A stretch of DNA of 64,000 nucleotides from Hyphomicrobium sp. (GTDB taxonomy: Bacteria > Pseudomonadota > Alphaproteobacteria > Rhizobiales > Hyphomicrobiaceae). Every line of letters begins with the position of its first letter. Position 1 is the first letter of the stretch. Under the pieces are notes generated by a model. That model was not told the DNA's origin. It did no database searches and saw only the letters and a list, made by a program, of their open reading frames with translations. Below are positions 9,187-19,292 of this stretch, one piece after another. Location: positions 195,925 to 259,924 of the forward strand of contig CBDCUQ010000001.1 of assembly GCA_965222835.1 (NCBI GenBank). The letters run 5' to 3'. The position numbers and the translations under genes are program-made.

Positions 9187-12100
9187 TCATACCTCAGCCA
9201 CCGGATCGTCAGCGGGCCGGCCATCGTCCCTCAACACAATATAAATTGCGGGGATTACGAGCACCGTCAGCAGCGTCGATGAGGCAAGACCGAACAACAG
9301 CGAAATTGCAAGCCCCTGAAAGATCGGATCCGCCAAAATGACGGCGGCACCGACCATGGCAGCGAGCGCGGTCAAGAGAATGGGTTTGAAACGAATCGAA
9401 CCCGCCTCAAGCAAGACGGACCGCAACGAGGCACCCGTGTTCCTCCGCTCCGAAATAAAATCGACGAGCAGAATAGAGTTGCGCACGATAATGCCCGCAA
9501 GCGCTATGAAACCGATCATCGATGTCGCTGTAAAAGGCGCACCGAACAGCCAATGCCCCAGCATAATGCCGATCAGCGTCAACGGAACTGGTGTCAGAAT
9601 AACGAGCGGGACCGTGAACGAACCGAACTGCGCAACCACCAGGACATAAATTCCAAGCAAAGCAATTGCGAACGCCGCGCCCATGTCACGGAAGGTAATG
9701 TACGTCACTTCCCATTCGCCGTCCCATAAGAGAACCGGCCTGCTCTCGTCCTCGGGTTGACCGTGAAAACGGATCTCCGGTTTAGGAAGCGCACCCCAAT
9801 CTTTGGATTCGATGAGGTCAGCAACCGCAAGCATACCGTAAACCGGGGCTTCATAGGCACCAGCCAGCTCAGCCAATACCATTTCTGCACCACGCCCGTT
9901 GTGGCGGAAAATGGGATAGGACGCCTCTTCGCGCTTGAGCCGCACGACATCACCAAGCTCGACGATATCCCGACCACCAGGCAACGCATTAGCCGGTACG
10001 GGCGTCGATAGCGTCTCTTGCGTCAGGGCACGCTGAGATTTCGGCAACTCAACAGCGATCTCCACTGGGCGGCGGCCGCCCCCCTTGTGTGAGTAACCAA
10101 CGGGAACACCGCCGAGATAGGCTTTGATCGTGTTGTAGACGTCGCGCTCCTCCGCCTTGTGGTACTCGAGGTTGTCCTGGTCAATCACAAGCCGAAGGCG
10201 CGGTGCGCGCTCACGAAAGCTGACGTCATCGTCCACGATAAAGGGCACCTCACGAAAAATCTCCCGCACCTTCTCCGCAACAGCCCGGCGGGTTTCGGGA
10301 TCTCCACCGTAAACCTCGGCAAGCAGCGTCGCGATCACAGGCGGGCCCGGCGGCACTTCAACCACCTTAAGCGTGGTGCCGTCAGGAGCGTCTAATCCCT
10401 TCAGCCGTTCGCGGACATCAAGCGCAATCACATGGCTCGTGCGCAATCGCTCGGCCCTCGGCGCAAGATTGATTTGTAAATCGCCCTGATGCGGATCGCG
10501 CCGCAAGTAATAGTGGCGCACAAGACCATTGAAATTAAAGGGCGCGGCCGTCCCCGCATAGGCTTGTATGGAATGAAGTTCAGGAAGCGCGTTGAGGCGT
10601 TGTACTGCCGCGCCCAGCACACGATCCGTCTCCTCCAGAGATGCACCACGCGGAAGGTCAACAACCACCTGAAGTTCCGATTTGTCATCGAAGGGCAGCA
10701 GCTTCACCGTGACGGCCTTAAAGGCGATGAGCGCCATCGAGCCGAGCGTGGCAACGCCAACAAGAACGAGAAAGGTCCAGGAAGACCAACGGGCGGCAAT
10801 AATCGGGCGAGCGGCAGTGCGGTAGGCACGGCCCAACATCCCACCGTCGTGGTGCGCAACGCCATGACCAGCGCCAGTCTTGCCGAAACGCATCATCAGC
10901 CACGGCGTGATGATGACAGCAACGAAGAACGACAGCACCATCGCGGCCGACGCATTTGCAGGGATCGGGCTCATATAGGGCCCCATTAGTCCCGAGACGA
11001 ACAGCATCGGCAGAAGCGCGGCCACCACGGTCAGCGTTGCAACAATGGTCGGGTTTCCAACTTCCGCGACCGCATCGATGGCAGCCTGGGCGCGGCTTCT
11101 GCCATCTTGCATGCCCCAATGGCGCGCGATGTTCTCAATCACAACAATGGCATCGTCAACGAAAATGCCAATTGAAAAAATCAATGCGAAGAGACTGACC
11201 CGATTGATCGTATAACCCATAAGCCAGGAGGCAAAGAGCGTCAGCAGAATGGTAACCGGAATGACGACCAGAACCACAATGCCCTCGCGCCAGCCGATCG
11301 CAAGCGCCACCAAAAGAACAATCGACAGCGTCGCCAGGCCAAGATGAAACAGAAGCTCGTTCGCCTTATCGTTTGCCGTCTCTCCGTAGTTGCGAGTAAC
11401 CGTCACCGCAACATCGTCGGGGATCAGACGGCCCTTGAGATCCGCGAGCCGCTCCAGGATTTGCTCCGAAATTACGACCGCATTGGCGCCTGCCCGTTTT
11501 GCGATCGCTAATGTTACAGCCGGTACACGCTCGATCATGCCTCCACTGTTCTTCGTGTAGTGCCAGACACGACGCTCGAGTGGCTTTGCACCGACGGTCA
11601 CGCTTGCGACGTCGCGCACATAGACCGGCCGCCCATCCCGCGAGGACAGCACGAGGAGACCGATATCAGGAATACCCGAAAGCGTTTGGCCTGCAGCAAC
11701 AGTGTTGCTGCGCCCATCCTGGCGCACACGGCCTGCAACAAACGAACGGTTTGCCCCTTCTATCTTAGCGACGAGCTGAGAAAGCGTGATACCGAACAGA
11801 GACAGGCGCTCCGGATCGGGTTCGACGCGAATTTGATCAGGCCGGCCGCCGACAATGTAAGACAGGCCGACATTTTCCAGCTTGGCGAGCTCCGTCTGCA
11901 GGTCCTCGGCCATGTGATAGAGCGCGTTGTCTTTGTAGCGCGCCACACCCGTCTTGGGCGCCAGCGTTAAGGTGACGATCGCAACGTCGTCGATACCCCG
12001 GCCAACAATCAGAGGTTCAGGTATCCCAATGGGAATGCGGTCGTAGTTCGCACGGACCTTCTCGTGAACGCGAAGGATCGCTTCATCTGAAGTGGTCCCG

Positions 12101-12417
12101 ACGAAAAAGCGCGCGGTAACCACCACGCGATCATCCTCCGTGTTGGAGTAGACGTGCTCCACACCGTTGATGGCCTTCACGATGGTCTCAAGCGGCTCGG
12201 TAACAAGCTTGACCGCATCTTCCGCCTTGAGCCCATCGGCCGTCACGAAGATATCGACCATCGGCACCGAGATTTGCGGCTCCTCTTCACGCGGCAACGC
12301 GAAAAGCGCGATAAGGCCCAGCGCCAACCCCGTAATGAGCATGAGTGGCGTCAGCGGCGATGATATGAACTGCCGCGTGAGATAGCCCGACAATCCGAGA
12401 CGAGGTCCCTTGCTCAT
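9187..12417 (-). CDS. RND efflux transporter permease (AcrB family)
   Basis: 1076 aa with the 12-TM RND architecture and typical 'FIVDDAIVVIENI' and 'AGIIVRNSILLVDF' segments. Confidence 0.95.
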   Translation of the reverse strand: MSKGPRLGLSGYLTRQFISSPLTPLMLITGLALGLIALFALPREEEPQISVPMVDIFVTADGLKAEDAVKLVTEPLETIVKAINGVEHVYSNTEDDRVVVTARFFVGTTSDEAILRVHEKVRANYDRIPIGIPEPLIVGRGIDDVAIVTLTLAPKTGVARYKDNALYHMAEDLQTELAKLENVGLSYIVGGRPDQIRVEPDPERLSLFGITLSQLVAKIEGANRSFVAGRVRQDGRSNTVAAGQTLSGIPDIGLLVLSSRDGRPVYVRDVASVTVGAKPLERRVWHYTKNSGGMIERVPAVTLAIAKRAGANAVVISEQILERLADLKGRLIPDDVAVTVTRNYGETANDKANELLFHLGLATLSIVLLVALAIGWREGIVVLVVIPVTILLTLFASWLMGYTINRVSLFALIFSIGIFVDDAIVVIENIARHWGMQDGRSRAQAAIDAVAEVGNPTIVATLTVVAALLPMLFVSGLMGPYMSPIPANASAAMVLSFFVAVIITPWLMMRFGKTGAGHGVAHHDGGMLGRAYRTAARPIIAARWSSWTFLVLVGVATLGSMALIAFKAVTVKLLPFDDKSELQVVVDLPRGASLEETDRVLGAAVQRLNALPELHSIQAYAGTAAPFNFNGLVRHYYLRRDPHQGDLQINLAPRAERLRTSHVIALDVRERLKGLDAPDGTTLKVVEVPPGPPVIATLLAEVYGGDPETRRAVAEKVREIFREVPFIVDDDVSFRERAPRLRLVIDQDNLEYHKAEERDVYNTIKAYLGGVPVGYSHKGGGRRPVEIAVELPKSQRALTQETLSTPVPANALPGGRDIVELGDVVRLKREEASYPIFRHNGRGAEMVLAELAGAYEAPVYGMLAVADLIESKDWGALPKPEIRFHGQPEDESRPVLLWDGEWEVTYITFRDMGAAFAIALLGIYVLVVAQFGSFTVPLVILTPVPLTLIGIMLGHWLFGAPFTATSMIGFIALAGIIVRNSILLVDFISERRNTGASLRSVLLEAGSIRFKPILLTALAAMVGAAVILADPIFQGLAISLLFGLASSTLLTVLVIPAIYIVLRDDGRPADDPVAEV

Positions 12418-13430
12418 GGCTTCACCAGCCGGTCACCGGCCGCAATTCCGGAAAGAACCTCCACAGTACCGCTCCTGACACCCTCCGAGCGCCCCGTCTG
12501 CACCACAATATCGGCCGTCTCACCCCCACGATTAATAAGGCGCACGTAATCGAGACCAAATCTTTGAAACAGAAACGCGCGAGGAACGAGATAGCTCTTG
12601 CGCTTTCCAGCCGAAATCCGGACCAGCACCCGTTCGCCAACGAAATAGTTTCCGAGGCCGGAGACCTCGGCATCGGCCAATACACGGCCATTCACAAGCT
12701 CAGGATAGACCTGAACAATACGGCCTTCTGCCAGTGCTTCTCCAACGTTCTCAAGACCGCGCCCTCCGAGCTGTATCGCATCGCCCTTCTGTATCGAGCC
12801 CGCATGCCGTTCCGGCAGCTCGAGCCTCAAGAGAAACTCGTTTGCCGCAATCGTGGCGACACTCTCTCCGGCCAACACAACGCTGCCCTCGGTCACCGGC
12901 ACCTTCAAGACGCGCCCTGCCGCAGGCGCCAAAACCTGACCCTCCTCGATCTGCGTTTCAACGACCGATCGCTCAGCACGGGCAGCCTTGAGATCATTCG
13001 CAGCGACATCAAACGCCGTCTGCGCCTGATCGACGCGCGACTGCGGCGCGACACCTTTGGCAAGAAGGGCTCTTGAGCGACTGAGCTCGGTCTTGGCGGT
13101 TTCCAACCGCGACTGGATGGCCACGATCTGGGCGTCCAGCGCCTTGATCTTGAGCGCAATCTTGGGATCCGCGACAAGGGCCAACAGCTGACCCGGTTCA
13201 ACGACCGCGCCTTCGTCGACCGAAAGGGCCGTTATCGTACCGGGAGTACGGACCCTTGCCTCAGTGACGTCCTTGCTTTGCACGGTGGCATAGACGGATT
13301 TCAAGTCGTCGATTTCTTCGAGGGCAACCGTATATGTCTCCTGAGATGCGGTCGTCTCTGCTCCAGCCGCGATCGAACAACCGGCAAGCGCCAACATCGC
13401 GCCAAATGCTAATTTTCGCGGGGTCGTCAT
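12414..13430 (-). CDS. RND efflux periplasmic adaptor (MFP/HlyD family)
   Basis: Lipoprotein-like signal 'LALAGCS', coiled-coil region and beta-barrel. 4-nt overlap with the permease gene. Confidence 0.9.
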   Translation of the reverse strand: MTTPRKLAFGAMLALAGCSIAAGAETTASQETYTVALEEIDDLKSVYATVQSKDVTEARVRTPGTITALSVDEGAVVEPGQLLALVADPKIALKIKALDAQIVAIQSRLETAKTELSRSRALLAKGVAPQSRVDQAQTAFDVAANDLKAARAERSVVETQIEEGQVLAPAAGRVLKVPVTEGSVVLAGESVATIAANEFLLRLELPERHAGSIQKGDAIQLGGRGLENVGEALAEGRIVQVYPELVNGRVLADAEVSGLGNYFVGERVLVRISAGKRKSYLVPRAFLFQRFGLDYVRLINRGGETADIVVQTGRSEGVRSGTVEVLSGIAAGDRLVKP

Positions 13431-13480
13431 CTTGATACCTCCTGCCGCAAGGAGAGCCGCCGCGGCGGCTCAGGACATCC

Positions 13481-13509
13481 TTGACAAATATATTAGATAT
13501 ATCTAAATT
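13481..13509 (+). promoter_or_regulatory. Sigma70-like promoter (TTGACA-17-TAAATT) with an embedded perfect 14-bp palindrome TTAGATATATCTAA, a likely ArsR operator
   Basis: Read directly: -35 at 13481-13486, palindrome at 13493-13506, -10 at 13504-13509. The arsR ATG lies at 13517. Confidence 0.6.
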
Positions 13510-13516
13510 AGCCATC

Positions 13517-13846
13517 ATGAATATGCAAGACCTAAGTCGACGCAGCAAAGAGGTGGCTGAGCTTCTGAAGGCCATGGCCAATAGCAAACGGCTGCTCATT
13601 CTGTGCGAACTCAACAAGGGCGAGCAATCTGTCGGCGCCCTTGAAGATGTCGTCCCGCTCAGTCAGTCGGCACTCTCCCAGCATTTGGCAAAACTGCGAG
13701 AAAACGGTCTCGTAAAAACCCGCCGAGAAGCTCAAACAATCTACTACGCAATCTCCGATCCGCGCCTGACCCGTCTCATGAGCACGCTTTACGAGCTTTT
13801 TTGCGCGCCGGAAAAGCCACAATCAAGGAAAGGAAAAAGGAAATGA
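13517..13846 (+). CDS. ArsR/SmtB family transcriptional regulator (YgaV/BigR-like)
   Basis: '[25 protein letters not shown]......[18 protein letters not shown]' winged-HTH signature. Confidence 0.9.
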   Translation: MNMQDLSRRSKEVAELLKAMANSKRLLILCELNKGEQSVGALEDVVPLSQSALSQHLAKLRENGLVKTRREAQTIYYAISDPRLTRLMSTLYELFCAPEKPQSRKGKRK

Positions 13847-14043
13847 CCATCGATCGCGCTGTAATGGCATTTGCCGGGATCGTCGTCCTCGTCTCGCTTG
13901 CCCTTGGCTACTACGTCAGTCCCTACTGGTTCCTGTTGACGGCCTTTGTGGGGCTCAACCTTTTCCAGGCCTCGTTCACGGGCTTTTGCCCGATGGCGAT
14001 GCTCTTGAAGAAGCTTGGCGTCCGTCCTGGCGCTGCATTTTAA
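13843..14043 (+). CDS. DUF2892 (YgaP C-terminal-like) small membrane protein
   Basis: Two TM helices ending '[19 protein letters not shown]'. ATGA overlap with the arsR stop. Confidence 0.7.
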   Translation: MTIDRAVMAFAGIVVLVSLALGYYVSPYWFLLTAFVGLNLFQASFTGFCPMAMLLKKLGVRPGAAF

Positions 14044-14130
14044 GCCGCCACTCGGACCGAAAGAATGCAAAAGACCGGAGTGGTGTGTGCCACTCCGATC
14101 TCACAATGTCTGATGTAGGTTGGTCCGAGC

Positions 14131-14583
14131 TTATTGCGTGGTCTCGCACTCAACTTCGATCGTCGTGCCAGTTGCAGCGATGAACTTCGAGCAGGTCTCA
14201 GCAACCGCAGCAACCTTCTGCTCGTCGACGGTCGCCTCGGCAGCCTCAGCCGGCTCGCCAGCAACATCAGCCGTCTCGACCTTTTCGGCAGCAGCCTTCT
14301 CGGCTTCAGCCTTGGCGATCGCCTCAGCCTTGGCCTTAGCAGCGGCGCGCGCCTTGGCAGCCTTGCGAGCCTTGGCAAGCTGAAGCTTCTTCTTACGCTT
14401 CGCAGCAGCAAGCTTGCGGGCCTTCGCGGCCTTCTTGGCGCGAAGCTTCTGAGAGTATGAAACCGAGTGTGCATTGTGGAAGCCGTGTCCGCCACGCTTG
14501 CAGCCCGCGTTGGCAACGCCTGCGAACGAAATCACGGCAACAGCAACAACAGTTGCAATCTTGATGAGGGTCTTCCAGAACAT
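14131..14583 (-). CDS. Exported Lys/Ala-rich low-complexity protein
   Basis: Signal peptide 'MFWKTLIKIATVVAVAVISFAGVANA', then AK(A/K) repeats, an acidic stretch and a C-x14-C tail. Start taken at the internal Met (14581-14583). Confidence 0.5.
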   Translation of the reverse strand: MFWKTLIKIATVVAVAVISFAGVANAGCKRGGHGFHNAHSVSYSQKLRAKKAAKARKLAAAKRKKKLQLAKARKAAKARAAAKAKAEAIAKAEAEKAAAEKVETADVAGEPAEAAEATVDEQKVAAVAETCSKFIAATGTTIEVECETTQ

Positions 14584-14777
14584 TGGTCTGATCCTTTGAG
14601 TTTGGTCTGCTGGATTGGACCATCCAAACGTCTTGTCCGGCCCGATTGAGCGGACTTTCTCACAGGCGCACACCGCCCGCTGTCCCTCGCGGGACATCCG
14701 GAAAAAATTCTATTTTTTCGAAGATTGGCGCGGTTTTCTTAGAGTCTACGGGAATACGATAGCACCCACACCCAGCG

Positions 14778-15863
14778 TTAGGCGGCCGAGCCCTCCATCG
14801 CGGCCAACTGATTGGCCTGATTTTCGGTTATCAGCTGATCGATAATCTCGTCTAACCCTGTTCCCTCCATGACACGCTCGACCGAGTGCACAGTGACGTT
14901 GATCCGGTGATCCGTGACGCGTCCTTGAGGATAGTTATATGTGCGGATTCTCTGCGACCGGTCGCCTGATCCGACTTGAGTCTTGCGCGCCTCGCTACGC
15001 GCGCTCTCCGTCCGATCGCGCTCCGCTTCAAACAGACGGGACCGCAAAACCTGCATTGCCAGACGGCGGTTTTGATGCTGCGACTTCTCGGCCGATACAA
15101 CAACAATTCCCGTTGGAATATGCGTAATACGCACCGCCGAATCCGTCTTGTTGACGTGCTGACCACCCGCTCCGCTGGCCCGCATCGTATCGACGCGAAT
15201 GTCCTCTTGCCGAATATCGACATCGACATCCTCAGCTTCAGGCAAAACGGCAACCGTGGCCGCCGACGTATGAATGCGCCCACTCGCCTCCGTTTCAGGC
15301 ACCCGCTGCACGCGATGCACGCCACTTTCGAACTTCATGCGCGCGAACACGCCATGCCCAGAGATCGACGCGATCACCTCGCGATACCCGCCAAGATCGT
15401 TCTCCGACACAGAAATGATATCGACCTTCCAGCCTTTGAGATCCGCATACCGCGAATACATACGAAAAAGATCGGCTGCAAAGAGAGCGGCTTCGTCGCC
15501 CCCCGTACCCGCACGCACCTCGAGAATGGCACTGCGCTCATCCGCGGCGTCTTTGGGCAGAAGGAGAATCTTGAGTTTGGTTTCAAGCTCAGCAAGACGC
15601 GGCTTCAAAGAGCCGAGCTCTTCCTCCGCCATCTCGGCCATATCTTCATCCGTCGCGGGATCAGCAAGAAGTGCTTTGAGATCGGCAAGCTCCTTTTCCG
15701 CACCGGCATGTTCGCGGATCGCATTCACCACCGGCGTCAGATCGGCGTACTCTTTCGTCAACCTCGCATACGCGGCTTGCCCCACGCCTTCGTTGAGTTC
15801 CGCCTGGATACTCTCCCAGCGGTCGACAAGTTTCTCGAGTTTTTCTGCAGGTAGGCTGCTCAT
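14778..15863 (-). CDS. prfA: Peptide chain release factor 1
   Basis: '[22 protein letters not shown]' GGQ motif and the RF1-type 'PEAEDVD' region. Start at '[12 protein letters not shown]'. Confidence 0.95.
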   Translation of the reverse strand: MSSLPAEKLEKLVDRWESIQAELNEGVGQAAYARLTKEYADLTPVVNAIREHAGAEKELADLKALLADPATDEDMAEMAEEELGSLKPRLAELETKLKILLLPKDAADERSAILEVRAGTGGDEAALFAADLFRMYSRYADLKGWKVDIISVSENDLGGYREVIASISGHGVFARMKFESGVHRVQRVPETEASGRIHTSAATVAVLPEAEDVDVDIRQEDIRVDTMRASGAGGQHVNKTDSAVRITHIPTGIVVVSAEKSQHQNRRLAMQVLRSRLFEAERDRTESARSEARKTQVGSGDRSQRIRTYNYPQGRVTDHRINVTVHSVERVMEGTGLDEIIDQLITENQANQLAAMEGSAA

Positions 15864-15938
15864 CTGGAATCGGCGGTCGCGGTATGGGGTGCATCCCGGC
15901 CCCCTCACGGGGCCGACGGTTTCAACGGGGCATCTACC

Positions 15939-16745
15939 CTAACGCCGTCCGGTCTGCAATTTGTCGCCCTTGCGCGAGCGAGGATCGTCCACGTCAATCC
16001 AAATGAGGCCCTCGTGAACACTGGCTCCCATGCGAAGGAGGGCGTCATCCACGGAACGGGCCGCGCTGGCCAAAGGGGCCGGCAGATGAGCTGCCGCCGA
16101 CCGCAGCGCGCCCGTGTCCCCAATCAGAACCGCTAGGGCCAGAGGCAAAATAAGAGCGAAGCCAAGCACACGGCGTCGAGACTGCGTGGCAAACCTGAGC
16201 CCAGTCAGAACCCAACGGCGCGCCCTATGCGCAAAGCCATCGTCATCAAAATCGGCAGAATCCGGATGCATATGGACAAAGGCCTGGTTGAACAAGGATC
16301 GCAGCTGCTGTCGCAGGCTGAAAAGGTAACCCCCGCTCTCATGCGCGCTCGGATCGGAATTGGGTTCAAGATCGAGTGTATGGGCTTCGTCCTCAAGCTC
16401 GCGCCGAATGACGTTCAGGACGGGGCCAGCGTCGATCCCCGCAAGGGCGGTATACGCGACGACAACGCGCTCTGTCTCCGGCCAGGGCGGAAGAATGCGA
16501 ACGTCGCCGCGCTCGAGAGCGTCGACGACATCGACACGCGTTCTGGCACGGGCCGCGGCCTCAGGCAGCGACAGGTGTAACGCCTTCCTCAAATCAAGAA
16601 AAAGTCTGCCGACCACGGCCGAGCGGGTCAGCTGCTCCGGTCCCGCACCACCGCGCCGAGCCGAGGCGCGCGATTGCCTGCGCCGCCCACCGGCCATAAA
16701 GGCTGAGTCAGCTGTAAAGGTTGCCCCACGCATCACTTGCCGCAT
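15939..16745 (-). CDS. Hypothetical membrane-anchored protein with N-terminal HTH-like (RodZ-like) region
   Basis: 'LRKALHLSLPEAAARARTRVDVVDALERGD' resembles an XRE/RodZ HTH. One TM helix, 'VLGFALILPLALAVLIG'. No stronger signature was recognised. Confidence 0.45.
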   Translation of the reverse strand: MRQVMRGATFTADSAFMAGGRRRQSRASARRGGAGPEQLTRSAVVGRLFLDLRKALHLSLPEAAARARTRVDVVDALERGDVRILPPWPETERVVVAYTALAGIDAGPVLNVIRRELEDEAHTLDLEPNSDPSAHESGGYLFSLRQQLRSLFNQAFVHMHPDSADFDDDGFAHRARRWVLTGLRFATQSRRRVLGFALILPLALAVLIGDTGALRSAAAHLPAPLASAARSVDDALLRMGASVHEGLIWIDVDDPRSRKGDKLQTGRR

Positions 16746-16829
16746 TCAAACGCGATCGGCCCGCACGAGCCGTCGTTCACAAAAAAGCGCTAAATGCCAT
16801 CATTGTCAAAGGTTGGGCAGGGTAAGGCA

Positions 16830-19121
16830 CTAAATCTTGATACCCTCAGCTTTTGCATACTTTTCCAATGCGCTGCGAACAGAACCCGTTTCCTCTTTGA
16901 GAATCCTGGCAAGAAACGCCGTGATCTTTTTCGCATCGAGCGACAAAATCATCGATTTGACGGGTCCCACGGAGGCCGGCGCCATCGAAAACGACCGGTA
17001 TCCGAGCCCGATCAGCGCCATGGCCTCGACCGGACGCCCGGCCATCTCTCCGCATAGGGTGAGACCGACCTTGTATTTCTTGCACGCCCTGGCGATCGAT
17101 TGAAGCACGCGCAGCGGCGCCACCGAAAGGGAATCGTAGCGCGAACCAACCGCCGCATTCGTACGATCCGCCGCGAACAGGAATTGCAACAAGTCGTTGC
17201 TGCCGATCGAAACAAATTCGAGCTGCGGAAGGAGTGCGTCGAGCTCAAATAACAAGCTCGGAACCTCGACCATGGCCCCAATATGCAGCTTTGATGGAAG
17301 CTTATGTTTGAAGCGCCTCTGAAACCGCACTTCCTTGTCGATCAGCTTCCGAATTTTCTTCATCTCATCGGCCGATGAGACCATGGGAATCATGATCGAC
17401 AGTTCGCGGCCCTCAGCGGCCCGCAACAGTGCACGCACCTGCACGCGAAACAATGCCGGCCGGTCGAGCGACATGCGAATGGCCCGCCAACCAATTGCGG
17501 GGTTTTCTTCTTTGCCTTGCCGTAGATACGGCACGACCTTGTCACCGCCGATATCAAGCGTCCGAAAGACAACAGGCTTGCCGTGCGCCTCGTCGAGCAC
17601 GGACTTATAAGTCTCCCATTGCCGGTCCATACGCGGCATGGTGCTGGAAAGCATGAACAGAATCTCTGTACGGAACAGCCCAATACCGTCAGCACCCGAC
17701 TCGGCTAGATGAGGCATATCCACCGACAAACCGGCGTTGATGTTAAGCGAAATGCGAACACGGTCTTTCGTGATGGCCGGCTTGCCACGCAGCGCCTCAT
17801 ACTGCTTTTGCTTCCGGGCCCGGAATCGCACCTTGTCGGAGTAGGCAGAAACCAAGTCAGCCGATGGACGCAGGTGAACCTCGCCTTTGACCGCGTCCAG
17901 AATAACGGCGTCTCCTGCGCTCACCCGTTCGACCACGCCCATCGCCTGACCGACAGCGGAGATCCCCAGTGCCTTGGCAACAATGGCAACATGACTTTGT
18001 GGGCTACCCTCCTCAAGCACCAGCCCGCGAAGTCTTGTGCGGTCATAGTCCAAAAGCTCAGCTGGGCCCATGGCGCGCGCAATGAGAATCGTATCTGGCG
18101 GCATATCCCCGGTCTGAAGCGGACCACTCGGGCGGCCCGCAAGAATGCGCAACAACCGGTCTGAGAGATCGTCGAGGTCACGCTGACGCTCGCGCCAAAA
18201 TGGATCCGGCTGGCGTAGCATACGCGAACGTGTGCTGTTTTGAACGCGTTCGACAGCGGCATCGGCCGTTAGCCCCGCTTGAACTGCCTCGTGCAGCCGT
18301 CTTTCCCAGCCCCGGTCATGCGCGAACATACGATAGGCCTCGAGAACATCGCGATGCTCGCCGGCGGCCGACAGATGCTCGTGTTTCATCATTTCATCGA
18401 GCGACGCCCGTAGCCCTGACAGCGCCGTGTCGAGGCGCGTCATCTCATGCGCCGGATCTTCAGCCATGAGCTTCTTCACCACAATACGCGGCTCATGGAT
18501 GACAGCATGACCAAGCGCGATGCCCTCGGACATGGGCACGCCGTCGATAACCGTCACCAGCGGCTTGGACAACTCGAGCGCAGCACTGGTACCGGCCACA
18601 GCGCCCGAAACCAGATTTTCCCCGACGACAAGCGCGGTCGCCTGCATCACTTCAATATCTTCGTCGGAGTATTCCCGCGTCGCACGGTTCTGCACGACCA
18701 GAACACCAAGCACCTGTCCACTACGCTGAATAGGAACGGCGAGCAGCGAATGATAGATTTCTTCGCCCGTCTCCGGCCTGAAAGAGAATGATGGATGCTT
18801 CGGTGCGTCTTTTTCGTTGATAGTGACGTTGAGCTCCGCGCAACGGCCAACGAGCCCTTCACCCTTCTTCATTCGGGTCCTATGGACCGCGCCCGGCTTC
18901 AGGCCCTCGGAGGCGAACAACTCAAGCGATCCGTCTTGGCGCTTGAGATAGAGCGAGCAGACGTCAGCCACCATCACGCCGGCGATCTGGCGCACAATAC
19001 TGTCGAGCTTTTTCTGACCGCTGGCCGTTTCGGCCATGATATCGCGCAGCCGCCGCATGATGATGCGCAGCGCCGGCTCCGACGGTATGACAGTCAGCTC
19101 TTCGCCTCGTTTGGACGGCAT
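16830..19121 (-). CDS. ptsP: Phosphoenolpyruvate-protein phosphotransferase EI-Ntr (GAF + EI domains)
   Basis: N-terminal GAF region, then EI motifs 'GGxxSHVAIVAKALGI' and 'FVSIGSNDLLQF'. Confidence 0.9.
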   Translation of the reverse strand: MPSKRGEELTVIPSEPALRIIMRRLRDIMAETASGQKKLDSIVRQIAGVMVADVCSLYLKRQDGSLELFASEGLKPGAVHRTRMKKGEGLVGRCAELNVTINEKDAPKHPSFSFRPETGEEIYHSLLAVPIQRSGQVLGVLVVQNRATREYSDEDIEVMQATALVVGENLVSGAVAGTSAALELSKPLVTVIDGVPMSEGIALGHAVIHEPRIVVKKLMAEDPAHEMTRLDTALSGLRASLDEMMKHEHLSAAGEHRDVLEAYRMFAHDRGWERRLHEAVQAGLTADAAVERVQNSTRSRMLRQPDPFWRERQRDLDDLSDRLLRILAGRPSGPLQTGDMPPDTILIARAMGPAELLDYDRTRLRGLVLEEGSPQSHVAIVAKALGISAVGQAMGVVERVSAGDAVILDAVKGEVHLRPSADLVSAYSDKVRFRARKQKQYEALRGKPAITKDRVRISLNINAGLSVDMPHLAESGADGIGLFRTEILFMLSSTMPRMDRQWETYKSVLDEAHGKPVVFRTLDIGGDKVVPYLRQGKEENPAIGWRAIRMSLDRPALFRVQVRALLRAAEGRELSIMIPMVSSADEMKKIRKLIDKEVRFQRRFKHKLPSKLHIGAMVEVPSLLFELDALLPQLEFVSIGSNDLLQFLFAADRTNAAVGSRYDSLSVAPLRVLQSIARACKKYKVGLTLCGEMAGRPVEAMALIGLGYRSFSMAPASVGPVKSMILSLDAKKITAFLARILKEETGSVRSALEKYAKAEGIKI

Positions 19122-19292
19122 AACCCAATGCCATTCGAATTGGCTGCACGACCTGCAACCGTGAACATCTCATTCCCACCCGGGACCACAAGGGCACCGG
19201 AACCATGTCGACGTAAGGAGCTTTGGCCACAGGCCGGTCACCTGCCCCTCAGTTCAACTCTCGTCCCATACGCGGAAACGGAACCGCATGCA

